Source: an uncultured Spirochaetota bacterium
Lineage (GTDB): Bacteria > Spirochaetota > Spirochaetia > DSM-27196 > DATKUC01
Length of the DNA: 64,000 nt
Reading direction: 5' to 3'
NCBI GenBank assembly: GCA_963832675.1
Contig: CAWHUY010000023.1
Location: 99,289 to 163,288, forward strand
Numbering within the stretch: the stretch's first letter is position 1; each line of letters begins with the position of its first letter. The notes beneath the pieces are model-generated. The model was not told the origin of the DNA, made no database searches, and worked only from the letters and a program-made list of their open reading frames with translations. This document shows positions 1 through 10,346 of this stretch, one piece after another. The position numbers and the translations under genes are program-made.

Positions 1-502
1 GCGTACCTTCGAGCTCGATGACGGTGCCTTTGTTGCCGAGCTTGTCGATGATGAATTTGGCGGCTGCACGGCCTCCCTGAACGTTGTCGGCACCCACGTG
101 AACCAGCACCTTGTCGGTATTGGCCTTGCGGTCGACGGTCGCGACGGGAATTCCGGCCTTCACCGCGTCTTCGATCGCCGGAACGAGCGAATCGGTGGTC
201 ATCGGGGAGATGAGGATCGCATCAACGCCCTGAGCTATGAAGTTCTCAACATCCGATGCCTGCTTGGCCGACTGGTTTTGGGCGTCCGCGAAGACAATCT
301 TCGCACCCAGAGCCGCCGCGGCCTTTTCAGCGTCATTCTTCATGGTAACAAAAAAGGGAAACTGGAGACCGGGAACGGACATGCCGATCACGAGCTGCTT
401 GTTCGCAGTGCTGCCGGCAGCGGCCTCTTTCGATCCGGATGCAAAAGCAAATGCCGGAATCAGAAACAAAGCGACGAGAAACGCAATCAATACCTTCTTC
501 AT
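1..502 (-). CDS. Sugar ABC transporter periplasmic substrate-binding protein (RbsB-like), 5'-complete, 3' end runs off the window
   Basis: Reverse-strand translation from ATG (complement of 500-502) reads MKKVLIAFLVALFLIPAFAFASGSKEAAAGSTANKQLVIGMSVPGLQFPFF..., a signal peptide followed by a ribose-binding-protein-like fold. GGAGG RBS lies 7 nt upstream. This ORF is absent from the ORF track because it is truncated by the window edge. Confidence 0.8.
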   Translation of the reverse strand, partial: MKKVLIAFLVALFLIPAFAFASGSKEAAAGSTANKQLVIGMSVPGLQFPFFVTMKNDAEKAAAALGAKIVFADAQNQSAKQASDVENFIAQGVDAILISPMTTDSLVPAIEDAVKAGIPVATVDRKANTDKVLVHVGADNVQGGRAAAKFIIDKLGNKGTVIELEGT

Positions 503-732
503 ACAATAGCCTCCTTGAGGTTTTCAACAATGCCGGCGCAATCGCGCGGCACCTCCCGCGAACAAACCAACGCCTCTGTCGTTGATTTACTCGTTTTTCG
601 CAGATGCGTAACGGGTTTGGATTGCTCCGTCCATCTTAGCACGGAATTCCCGACTCGTACGCGTCTGCATTGCGCACGCCTGTGGTCCCTTTCACCTCCT
701 TTCGCTGCACGCGCATAGCATTCCTTCGGACC

Positions 733-884
733 GCTTGCGTTCTTACGCGCGGCTTGCGTTCTTACGCGCGGCTTGCGTTCTTACGCGCGGCTTGCGTTCT
801 TACGCGCGGCTTGCGTTCTTACGCGCGGCTTGCGTTCTTACGCGCGGCTTGCGTTCTTACGCGCGGCTTGCGTTCTTACGCGCG
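733..884. repeat. Perfect tandem repeat, 8 copies of the 19-bp unit GCTTGCGTTCTTACGCGCG
   Basis: Eight head-to-tail identical units (733-751, 752-770, ... 866-884) are counted directly in the sequence. The array is intergenic, between the stop of the 876-2075 gene and the start of the binding-protein gene at 502. ORFs 670-987 and 735-1019 are translation artefacts of the repeat. Confidence 0.95.
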
Positions 885-2075
885 GGGTCCAAAGTGCTTG
901 AGCATCACCAGGTTGTCCGTATCGCTCGTGTTCGTTATCCTGATACCCTCTTTTGCTGCGTCCGCGGTGACGAACAGCTCGTCCTGAGTCATCTGTCCGA
1001 ATCTGATCATCGCCGGTGAATCGATATCGAGAACGCCGAAACTTCCCTTTCCCTGTATCACAATTGCGCCGTAGGGACCGTCGTCTTTGATGACCGCCGA
1101 TTTGCCCGGAAGAACCGTCAATTCCTTTGCAGAAAAGAAGTCGGACTTGTAGACGATCCAGTTCTCTTCGTACCCTTCGGCACGCATTTGTTCCGGCGGT
1201 GCGACCGGTTTTGGCGGCATGTACCGATTTTCGTAAAAATAGGGATCGATGTTGAGATCCCAGTCGAGCAGGCTCACAAGGTAGTCCAGGTCGTTCTGCC
1301 GTGCCTTCGGCACATCTTTCACCAGCAGCTCCTTCGGCGTGTAGGCTTCCCACACAAGCGACTGAAACATCGAAAAGACGTCAGAGGCCCGCTGCGGCTC
1401 ATAGGTAAGCATGGAACCGGGTGCATGGAGAATTCCCGGCGGTACATCCCAGCCCGTGCCGGGGCGAAGGCGGTATCCCTTTGACAGATCCAGAATCCCG
1501 TTGTCGCCAATATCCCAGTTCTCGAGACAGCGCTTGATGTCTTCCTTGGTGGTCCGTGGATGCAGCCCAAAGAAGGTGTAGGGGAACCATCCGCCGTGGT
1601 TGTTCAGCTGTTTCGGAAAGTAGTAGGCCTCGGGTTTGCCTTTCTGACCCACGTCGGCGGCGCGTTCGTCGGTCTGATGAACGTGAAACGGAAGCGGCTC
1701 CTGGTTATCGAAAAACTTACTGTACATAACCCATCCGCCGTGCTTCTTCACGATGGCGGACCCAAGGATGTCGTTGCCTGAAAGCTCGATCGCGTCCTTC
1801 AGAAGTACTTTCGATGGCGCGCCGTCTTCCACGTAGATGTAGCTCAAACCCTCGTCGGCGAGAGTCTCGGGTCCATTGTCTGCTTTGGTGGTCGAGGAGA
1901 ACCAGCGCTCGTCAATACCGCCGCGGTGCCCGCCGAATGAGTAGTAGTCGTTGGGATGGAGCTTCAGTCTTTTCCCGGGAATGCAGAAGGAGCGAGGGAC
2001 CCAGTTCGGCATGAGTCGAAAGACCCCTTTGCCCTTGTCGATGGCTGATTCGATCTTTTGTTTTTCGCCTGCCAT
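876..2075 (-). CDS. Conserved hypothetical protein, possible bicupin sugar isomerase (PMI type I-like); function uncertain
   Basis: 399-aa ORF with no signal peptide. It has His-rich motifs (LPFHVHQ, HGGW) in the N half and a beta-rich C half reminiscent of bicupin isomerases. It lies in a LacI-controlled sugar locus. The stop codon TAA (876-878) lies inside the last repeat unit. Confidence 0.35.
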   Translation of the reverse strand: MAGEKQKIESAIDKGKGVFRLMPNWVPRSFCIPGKRLKLHPNDYYSFGGHRGGIDERWFSSTTKADNGPETLADEGLSYIYVEDGAPSKVLLKDAIELSGNDILGSAIVKKHGGWVMYSKFFDNQEPLPFHVHQTDERAADVGQKGKPEAYYFPKQLNNHGGWFPYTFFGLHPRTTKEDIKRCLENWDIGDNGILDLSKGYRLRPGTGWDVPPGILHAPGSMLTYEPQRASDVFSMFQSLVWEAYTPKELLVKDVPKARQNDLDYLVSLLDWDLNIDPYFYENRYMPPKPVAPPEQMRAEGYEENWIVYKSDFFSAKELTVLPGKSAVIKDDGPYGAIVIQGKGSFGVLDIDSPAMIRFGQMTQDELFVTADAAKEGIRITNTSDTDNLVMLKHFGPRA

Positions 2076-2090
2076 TTGTACAGACCTCCC

Positions 2091-3146
2091 TTAGAATTGG
2101 TTTGAACGCATATTCTCAGTCGACGCGTGCTCTTCGGCTTGGCCCGCGGCTCGACGCGCAGTGGTTTCCCGTACAACCAGCTCCGGCGCGTGGGTGACAC
2201 GCCACTCGGTAATCGTCTCCTTTGCGCGCAGCCGGAGAATCATCTCAACGGCGCTTTCGCACATCGCGGCAAAGGGCTGAGCGATGGTCGTGAGTGCCGG
2301 CGAGACCATCCAGGATGCGGTAACATTGTCCAGCCCGAGTATGGACATTTGTTCCGGCACTTTCACCCCGTGGCGGACAAACTCGTGCATCGCGCCGATG
2401 GCCATCAGATCGTTTTGAGCCCAGATCGCGCTGAACTCGCTGCGTCGTTCGAGCAGCGTCGTCGCAGCGCGCTTGCCACCGTCGAACTTGAAGTCGCCCT
2501 CCAGCACGTGCGAGTCGTGGAGCCTTCCGCCCTTCGCAAGCACCGTGTCCCTGAACCCCGAAAAGCGCTCCCGCACGATCGCGATGTTCATAGGTCCGGT
2601 GATGCAGGCGACCTCCTCGTGCCCGAGATCGACCAGGTGCTCCGCTGCCATCACCCCGGCGCCGTAGTTGTCCATCACGACAGTAGGAACGTCTTCACGC
2701 TGCATGGACCGGTCGATGATCACAAACGGCACCTGCGATTCCTCGATAATACGGAAGATCCGGCTCTGGTCGGAAACCCGCGAGAAAATGACGCCGTCCA
2801 CGTGGCGGCGAATGAAGTTGCGGACGAAAAGCTCTTCTTTGTCCGGATCGTTGTTCGTGTTCCCGATGATCAGATTGAAGCCGTGCCGCTCAGCGCTCGC
2901 TTCGGCGAAGTTTACAAAGAAGGCGAAGCTCTCGTGAACGATCTCCGGCACAATCAGGCCGATAAGATTTCCACTCTTGGAACGCAGCCCCCTGGCGAGA
3001 AGGTTCGGCCGGAAGTTGATCTTCCGGACTGCGTCTTCCACTCGGACCCGGGTCTCGTCCTCCACCGGAAGCGTGTTGTTGATAACACGTGAGACTGTTG
3101 AAACCGACACGCCGGCGAGCCGCGCCACATCCTTCATCGTTGCCAT
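2091..3146 (-). CDS. LacI family transcriptional regulator
   Basis: N-terminal HTH MATMKDVARLAGVSVSTVSRVINN followed by a periplasmic-binding-protein-like effector domain, 351 aa. Confidence 0.9.
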   Translation of the reverse strand: MATMKDVARLAGVSVSTVSRVINNTLPVEDETRVRVEDAVRKINFRPNLLARGLRSKSGNLIGLIVPEIVHESFAFFVNFAEASAERHGFNLIIGNTNNDPDKEELFVRNFIRRHVDGVIFSRVSDQSRIFRIIEESQVPFVIIDRSMQREDVPTVVMDNYGAGVMAAEHLVDLGHEEVACITGPMNIAIVRERFSGFRDTVLAKGGRLHDSHVLEGDFKFDGGKRAATTLLERRSEFSAIWAQNDLMAIGAMHEFVRHGVKVPEQMSILGLDNVTASWMVSPALTTIAQPFAAMCESAVEMILRLRAKETITEWRVTHAPELVVRETTARRAAGQAEEHASTENMRSNQF

Positions 3147-3186
3147 TTATGTCTGAAGGCCCACCTCTACCTTAGCGTGCTGATGA

Positions 3187-3207
3187 AATCGATTGCACAA
3201 TCGTTTT
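3187..3207. promoter_or_regulatory. LacI-type operator candidate (CGATTG-CA-CAATCG palindrome) in the lacI-family gene's own upstream region
   Basis: AAATCGATTGCACAATCGTTTT lies 40 nt upstream of the regulator start codon (3146). The same half-sites recur in the site at 3452-3479. Confidence 0.5.
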
Positions 3208-3417
3208 CATGACTGAATTGTACCGTCACTTCTTAATCCTGTAAAGCTCTTCTGTGTCACAAAAGCGCGCGCAGACTGCGGTTTTCGCCTCAGTCGGGCC
3301 GGAGGGGCGTTGGCTCTACGATCAATTCTATTGGACCAAATAGATTAAATCCCGCTCAATATCGGCTGGTCGGCCGATTTTTATTTGTAAATCCAGGTTC
3401 CTCAAAGCGAAAAGAAC

Positions 3418-3447
3418 TTTACAAATTCGACGAACGCCCCCTATAAT
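3418..3447 (+). promoter_or_regulatory. Sigma70-like promoter TTTACA-18 nt-TATAAT for the ABC transporter operon
   Basis: TTTACA at 3418-3423 and TATAAT at 3442-3447 with an 18-nt spacer. The operator palindrome lies immediately downstream. Confidence 0.55.
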
Positions 3448-3451
3448 TCTC

Positions 3452-3479
3452 ATGATAACGATTGCGCAATCGTTATCAT
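3452..3479. promoter_or_regulatory. Perfect 28-bp palindrome ATGATAACGATTGCGCAATCGTTATCAT, LacI-family operator
   Basis: The sequence is exactly self-complementary, with core CGATTG-CG-CAATCG. It abuts the -10 hexamer and lies in the 5' leader of the ATPase gene. Confidence 0.6.
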
Positions 3480-3511
3480 AACCTGCATTGCTTCCTGAGG
3501 TCGATTTGTCT

Positions 3512-5002
3512 ATGGCCCCGCTGGTCGAGATGCGCGGTATCACAAAGTCATTCTTCGGCGTACCTGTCCTCAAGGATGTCGACTTCGACGTGTTGCCGTC
3601 GGAAGTGCACGTTCTGCTGGGCGAAAACGGCGCCGGCAAATCCACACTCATCAAAATTCTGAGCGGAGCGTACCGTTGCGAAGGCGGATCGATTTGTATC
3701 GGCGGGTCGGACGTTGATCCGGCTAAGTACAGTCCGCGAGAGGCACAACGACTCGGCGTGTCGACCGTCTATCAGAACTTCCATCTCATTCCTCACTTGA
3801 GCGTGGCGGAAAACGTCTCGCTGACTGCGATAAACGCACCCGGAGGAATAGTCAATTGGAAACGAATGCGGGCATATGCCGGCGGCGTGATATCCGATTT
3901 CGGACTTGATCTCGATCTTGCAGCTCCCGTAAACAAGCTGACCATTTCCGAACGACAGCTACTGGAAATTTCCATCGCCATTTCGAGGAACGCACGCGTT
4001 CTGGTCATGGACGAACCGACATCCGCCCTCAGCCGGAAAGAGGTGGACACGCTCTTTTCCTTCATCGGCCAGCTGCGGAAGAAACAGATAGGCACCGTCT
4101 ATATCTCGCATCGACTCGAGGAGATCCGCGAGATTGGCGATCGGGTGACGGTACTTCGCGACGGCGAGCGAGTCCATATGGGCCCGGTTGCCGGGACCGA
4201 CACCGCGACGATCATCCAGCTGATGACCGGGCACAAAGTGGATACCGGCCGCCGCGGAAGCGGGGAAACGCACACCCGACCCCATTTTGCTGTAGAAGAT
4301 CTGCACGTACCGCGGCTCGACACGCACGTCAGCTTCTCGGTACGGGAGGGGGAGGTCCTCGTGATCACCGGCCTGGTAGGCTCCGGGAAGAGCGAAATCG
4401 CGCGCGCGGTCTTCGGGTCCGATGTTCCGAACGGCGGCGAGGTGGCGTTACGCGACCGGCGCTACCGTGTGCGTTCGCCGCGCGACTCGATCGGGCGAGG
4501 GATCGGCTTTCTCCCTGAAGATCGCGACGTCGACGGCCTCTGCCTGAACATGACCATCCGCGACAACGTGACACTGACCTACCACGGAAAGTACACCGGC
4601 GCCTTCTACGCGCGCGCGAAGGAGCGGCGGATCGTGGAGAAGTATGTCGAAGATCTCCGGATCAGATGCACAGACATTGACCAGCAGGTGCAGTTTCTGA
4701 GCGGCGGTAACAAGCAGAAGGTGGTGCTCGCCAAATGGCTCTGCGCACACTGCGAGTTTCTCATCCTGGATGAGCCGACTGTCGGCATCGACGTCGGCGC
4801 CCGTTCGGAAATCTATCGCCTTGTCCGTGACTTCGCCGACGAGGGACACGCAGTTCTCTTTGTAACCAGCGACATCGACGAAGCGCTGCTTGTGGCGGAC
4901 AGGCTTCTTGTCGTCTCCAACAAGCACATTGCCGGGGAATTTGACCCGGCGGATACAACCAAAGAAGCCATTCTGGGACTGTGCATGTCCGCCGGAAATT
5001 AG
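3512..5002 (+). CDS. Sugar ABC transporter ATP-binding protein, duplicated ATPase domains (RbsA/MglA-like)
   Basis: Walker A GENGAGKST, a second nucleotide-binding domain, about 500 aa. ATG at 3512; a TTG at 3488 is an alternative start. Confidence 0.9.
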   Translation: MAPLVEMRGITKSFFGVPVLKDVDFDVLPSEVHVLLGENGAGKSTLIKILSGAYRCEGGSICIGGSDVDPAKYSPREAQRLGVSTVYQNFHLIPHLSVAENVSLTAINAPGGIVNWKRMRAYAGGVISDFGLDLDLAAPVNKLTISERQLLEISIAISRNARVLVMDEPTSALSRKEVDTLFSFIGQLRKKQIGTVYISHRLEEIREIGDRVTVLRDGERVHMGPVAGTDTATIIQLMTGHKVDTGRRGSGETHTRPHFAVEDLHVPRLDTHVSFSVREGEVLVITGLVGSGKSEIARAVFGSDVPNGGEVALRDRRYRVRSPRDSIGRGIGFLPEDRDVDGLCLNMTIRDNVTLTYHGKYTGAFYARAKERRIVEKYVEDLRIRCTDIDQQVQFLSGGNKQKVVLAKWLCAHCEFLILDEPTVGIDVGARSEIYRLVRDFADEGHAVLFVTSDIDEALLVADRLLVVSNKHIAGEFDPADTTKEAILGLCMSAGN

Positions 5003-5014
5003 CAGGGAGGTAGT

Positions 5015-5974
5015 ATGCGTTTGGGCTCGCGAGGAATCCGAACACTATTTCGAAACCAGACGTTGGCGATGTTTCTGATTCTTCTTCTCATGTGGTTCCT
5101 CCTGGCGTTGCTTACCCCCTATTTTCTCACCATTCGGAACCTGTTCGAGATTACTCTGCAGGCAGCGGTATTTGCGATAATGGCCGCCGGAGAGGCGTTC
5201 GTGATCTTCAGCGGCGGTATCGACCTTTCGGTGGGATCGGTCTTTGCGTTTGCGTCAATGGTCGGCGGCGTCGCCTACTCGGGTACTCACAGCATCTTCA
5301 TCTCGCTCACCTCCGCTCTGCTGGCTGGTGCCGCCTGCGGCCTGCTTACGGGAGCCTTTATCACCAAACTCAACGTTCCGCCATTTGTAGCAACGCTAGG
5401 CATGATGGGAATCGCGCGCGGCCTTGCGCTCATCGTGGTGAACGGCATTCCGATTTTCGGTCTGGAAGCGAAGTATCTCTGGATCGGACAGGGCAAGATC
5501 TTCGGCGTCATGCCCTTTCCCACCGTCATTGTCATCGTCGTCTTCGCCGTAGCCTATTTCCTGGCGCGGAATACCAAGTTCGGCCGATTTACCTATGCGG
5601 TCGGAAGCAACCGGGAAGGCGCGCGCCTTTCCGGTGTCAATATCGTGGCGGTAACGCTGGGCATCTACGTCATGTCCGGGGTGCTGGCCGCGGTCGCCGG
5701 AATCATCGAATCGGCGCGGCTCGGAACCTTCCAGCCTGCGGCAGGCAACGGATACGAGCTGATCGCAATCGGCGCGGTGGTTATCGGCGGCACAAGCCTG
5801 TTCGGCGGCGAAGGAGCGATACTCTCGACGCTTGTCGGCGCCCTCATAGTCACCACCATAAGAAACGGACTCAACCTGTTGGGGGTGTACGCATTCTGGC
5901 AGTACGTGGTCAACGGCCTGATCATCATTGTCGCGGTTGCACTGGATCAGGCGCGCCGCGCCCGAGGGCAATAA
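5015..5974 (+). CDS. Sugar ABC transporter permease (RbsC-like)
   Basis: Polytopic hydrophobic protein of 319 aa with the typical AraH/RbsC pattern. GGGAGG RBS. Confidence 0.9.
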   Translation: MRLGSRGIRTLFRNQTLAMFLILLLMWFLLALLTPYFLTIRNLFEITLQAAVFAIMAAGEAFVIFSGGIDLSVGSVFAFASMVGGVAYSGTHSIFISLTSALLAGAACGLLTGAFITKLNVPPFVATLGMMGIARGLALIVVNGIPIFGLEAKYLWIGQGKIFGVMPFPTVIVIVVFAVAYFLARNTKFGRFTYAVGSNREGARLSGVNIVAVTLGIYVMSGVLAAVAGIIESARLGTFQPAAGNGYELIAIGAVVIGGTSLFGGEGAILSTLVGALIVTTIRNGLNLLGVYAFWQYVVNGLIIIVAVALDQARRARGQ

Positions 5975-6037
5975 CAAACCGGGTACAACGGCTCCGTTGG
6001 AGTCGAGAAAATCTGCATCGGAGAAGGGAGGTAAGCA

Positions 6038-7039
6038 ATGAAGCAGTTGAGTCGAATTGTGCTGGCACTGGTGACACCGGTTCTGCTTCTTGTGACCGCG
6101 GGAAATATCTTCGCGGCCGGAGCCAAAGAGTCTTCGGGACAGACAGCCACTTCGGGATCGAACACCATCGTGTTCATACCGAAGTCGACTGATGTCACCT
6201 ATTGGCTGTTCCTGAGAAAGGGAGCCGCGGACAGGGCGAAAGAGCTCGGCTACAAGCTCGATTACCAGGGAGTTGCCCGCGAGTCGGACGTTGCAGGACA
6301 GGTCAATCTGGTACGGAACGTGGCCGCAACCAGGCCGGCCGGGATCCTTCTGGCCGCGACGGACGCAACCGCGCTCGTCGACCCGGTCAAGGAGGCGATG
6401 GCCTCCGGCGTACCGGTTGTGATGGTCGACTCGGGCGTCAACCAGGACGTGGCGGTGGCCAGCATCACCACCGACAACTACGGCGGCGCCAAGACGTCGG
6501 GTGATCTGCTTGCGAAGCTGATCGGCGGAAAGGGTAAGGTGATCAATCTCGGAATCACCGCCGGATCGGAAACCGGCAACCAGCGTGACAAAGGCTTCAC
6601 CGACGCCATGAAGGGATTCCCTTCCATCACCGTCCTTCCGACACAGTGGACAGGAGCGGAGGCGGCAGTCGCGCTGAACGACACCAACGATCTGCTCACC
6701 GCCAACCCGGACGTGAACGGGATCTACTCGGCTGCGGCGCCGATGGGCGTCGGCGCGGCTCAGGCGCTGAAAGCAAGGAACCTGCAGGGCAAGGTCAAGT
6801 TGATAACCTTCGATCCCAGCCCGGAAGTGATTCCGCTGTTCAAAGACGGTACGATCCAGGCGATCATCGCGCAGGATCCCTACCAGATGGGTTATAGCGG
6901 CGTCGACACCATCGATCGCTACCGCAAGGGACAACCCATTGCGAACAAGTCGATCCAGATCCCGGTGCAGGTCATCACACCAGACAATTTCAACACCCCG
7001 GAGATGCAGAAACTCATCCAGACTCCGGGCACCTTTTGA
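6038..7039 (+). CDS. Sugar ABC transporter periplasmic substrate-binding protein (RbsB-like)
   Basis: Signal peptide MKQLSRIVLALVTPVLLLVTAGNIFAAGA followed by a periplasmic-binding-protein fold. GGGAGG RBS. Confidence 0.9.
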   Translation: MKQLSRIVLALVTPVLLLVTAGNIFAAGAKESSGQTATSGSNTIVFIPKSTDVTYWLFLRKGAADRAKELGYKLDYQGVARESDVAGQVNLVRNVAATRPAGILLAATDATALVDPVKEAMASGVPVVMVDSGVNQDVAVASITTDNYGGAKTSGDLLAKLIGGKGKVINLGITAGSETGNQRDKGFTDAMKGFPSITVLPTQWTGAEAAVALNDTNDLLTANPDVNGIYSAAAPMGVGAAQALKARNLQGKVKLITFDPSPEVIPLFKDGTIQAIIAQDPYQMGYSGVDTIDRYRKGQPIANKSIQIPVQVITPDNFNTPEMQKLIQTPGTF

Positions 7040-7131
7040 GCTTGAACTAGAAATCTGCAGAGCGCGATAGGCAGGCGGTCACCGCCGCGATCGCGCTCTG
7101 CGCGTGGACCGCGCGTTGGAGGGGCGGAATT

Positions 7132-8079
7132 GTGAAACCACAGAATTACGAAATTAGGCGCGAAAAGATCCGGACAGCCTTCGAAGAGCTCAAGAAGAAT
7201 CATCCCGAAAGGCTCAAGAAACGTCTCAATCTTTCGTGGAGCAACTGGGGATTCGGCATCGAACCGTTCGAAAAGTCGGTGAAGCGCCTCGCCAGGCACG
7301 GGGTCGAGTACATCGAGCTGCACGGCAACCACTACGGGCCGGACCTCGGCTACAAGGCGAAGGACGTGCTGAAGGTGCTCGGCGATAACGGAGTAAGGGT
7401 CGGCGGCATCTGCGGCATGTTCTCGGCCGACAGTGATCTTGCGAGCAACCGCTCGGGTCACCGCCAGAGCGCGATCGACTACATCAAGCGCGAAACCGAG
7501 TTCGGCGAAGAGGTGGGCGCCTCCTATATTCTGGTGGTGCCCGCGGCGGTGGGACGCCCCGGAGCGTACGACTCGACTGAGTTCGAGCGAAGCGTGGAAG
7601 GGATGCAAATTGCTGCAGATAACTTCGTGAAACACAAGATGCGCGCCGCGGTCGAGCCAATCCGTTCCGCGGAGGTCAGCATTGTCCACACCATCGCCGA
7701 GGCGAAAAGGTATATTGCAGCGGTCAACCATCCGGGGGTCCAGCACATCAACGGCGACGTCTACCATATGCAGTCGGAAGAGTCGCATATCGGCGAAGCA
7801 ATCGTGGACGCCGGGAAAATGCTGACCAATCTGCACCTGGCCGATTCAAACCGCACCGCGCTTGGCGAGGGTTCGCTTGATCTCGACGCTATTATCATGG
7901 CGCTCTATCTGATCGGCTACAACGAGGAGGGCCGTTACTGCACTCCGGAACCACTCGGCCCCGGAGGCGACCCCTACCCGGCAATGTACGGCAATCCCGA
8001 CCCGAAGGGTCTCGACCACATGGTGGAGCAGACCGCCCGTTACTTCCGAGAGCGGGAGAATGAACTGCTGGGGGCATAG
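7132..8079 (+). CDS. Sugar phosphate isomerase/epimerase (xylose isomerase-like TIM barrel family)
   Basis: 315 aa with GTG start. Conserved E/H/D metal-ligand spacing typical of the PF01261-type TIM barrel. Last gene of the ABC operon. Confidence 0.75.
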   Translation: MKPQNYEIRREKIRTAFEELKKNHPERLKKRLNLSWSNWGFGIEPFEKSVKRLARHGVEYIELHGNHYGPDLGYKAKDVLKVLGDNGVRVGGICGMFSADSDLASNRSGHRQSAIDYIKRETEFGEEVGASYILVVPAAVGRPGAYDSTEFERSVEGMQIAADNFVKHKMRAAVEPIRSAEVSIVHTIAEAKRYIAAVNHPGVQHINGDVYHMQSEESHIGEAIVDAGKMLTNLHLADSNRTALGEGSLDLDAIIMALYLIGYNEEGRYCTPEPLGPGGDPYPAMYGNPDPKGLDHMVEQTARYFRERENELLGA

Positions 8080-8107
8080 CGCCGGCACCGACTGACTGGT
8101 GCGGCGG

Positions 8108-8160
8108 CAAAAAAAAGGACCGGCGCGCGGAATCTCACCGCAGGCCGGCCTTTTCCCAGC
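8108..8160. terminator. Putative bidirectional terminator between convergent operons
   Basis: GC-rich imperfect hairpin (GGACCGGCGCGCGG...CCGCAGGCCGGCC) flanked by A8 on one side and a T-rich stretch on the other. Confidence 0.4.
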
Positions 8161-8190
8161 TGGTGTCCAGCCGGACAAAACCGTCGAAAA

Positions 8191-10325
<2,135 letters not shown>

Positions 10326-10346
10326 ACCACACCTTTCTGTTTCGAC

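Noticed and set aside
670-1019. ORFs 670-987 and 735-1019 encoding repetitive ...ACVLTRGLRSYARLAFLR... peptides
   Set aside because: Pure translation of the 19-bp tandem repeat, whose period is not a multiple of 3. No start context, and it overlaps the 3' end of a real minus-strand gene.
5092-6934. Long ORFs 5092-6192 (+, 366 aa) and 5396-6934 (-, 512 aa)
   Set aside because: Arg/Gly/Pro-rich low-complexity translations in alternative frames or antisense of the well-supported permease and binding-protein genes. This is a typical high-GC shadow-ORF artefact.
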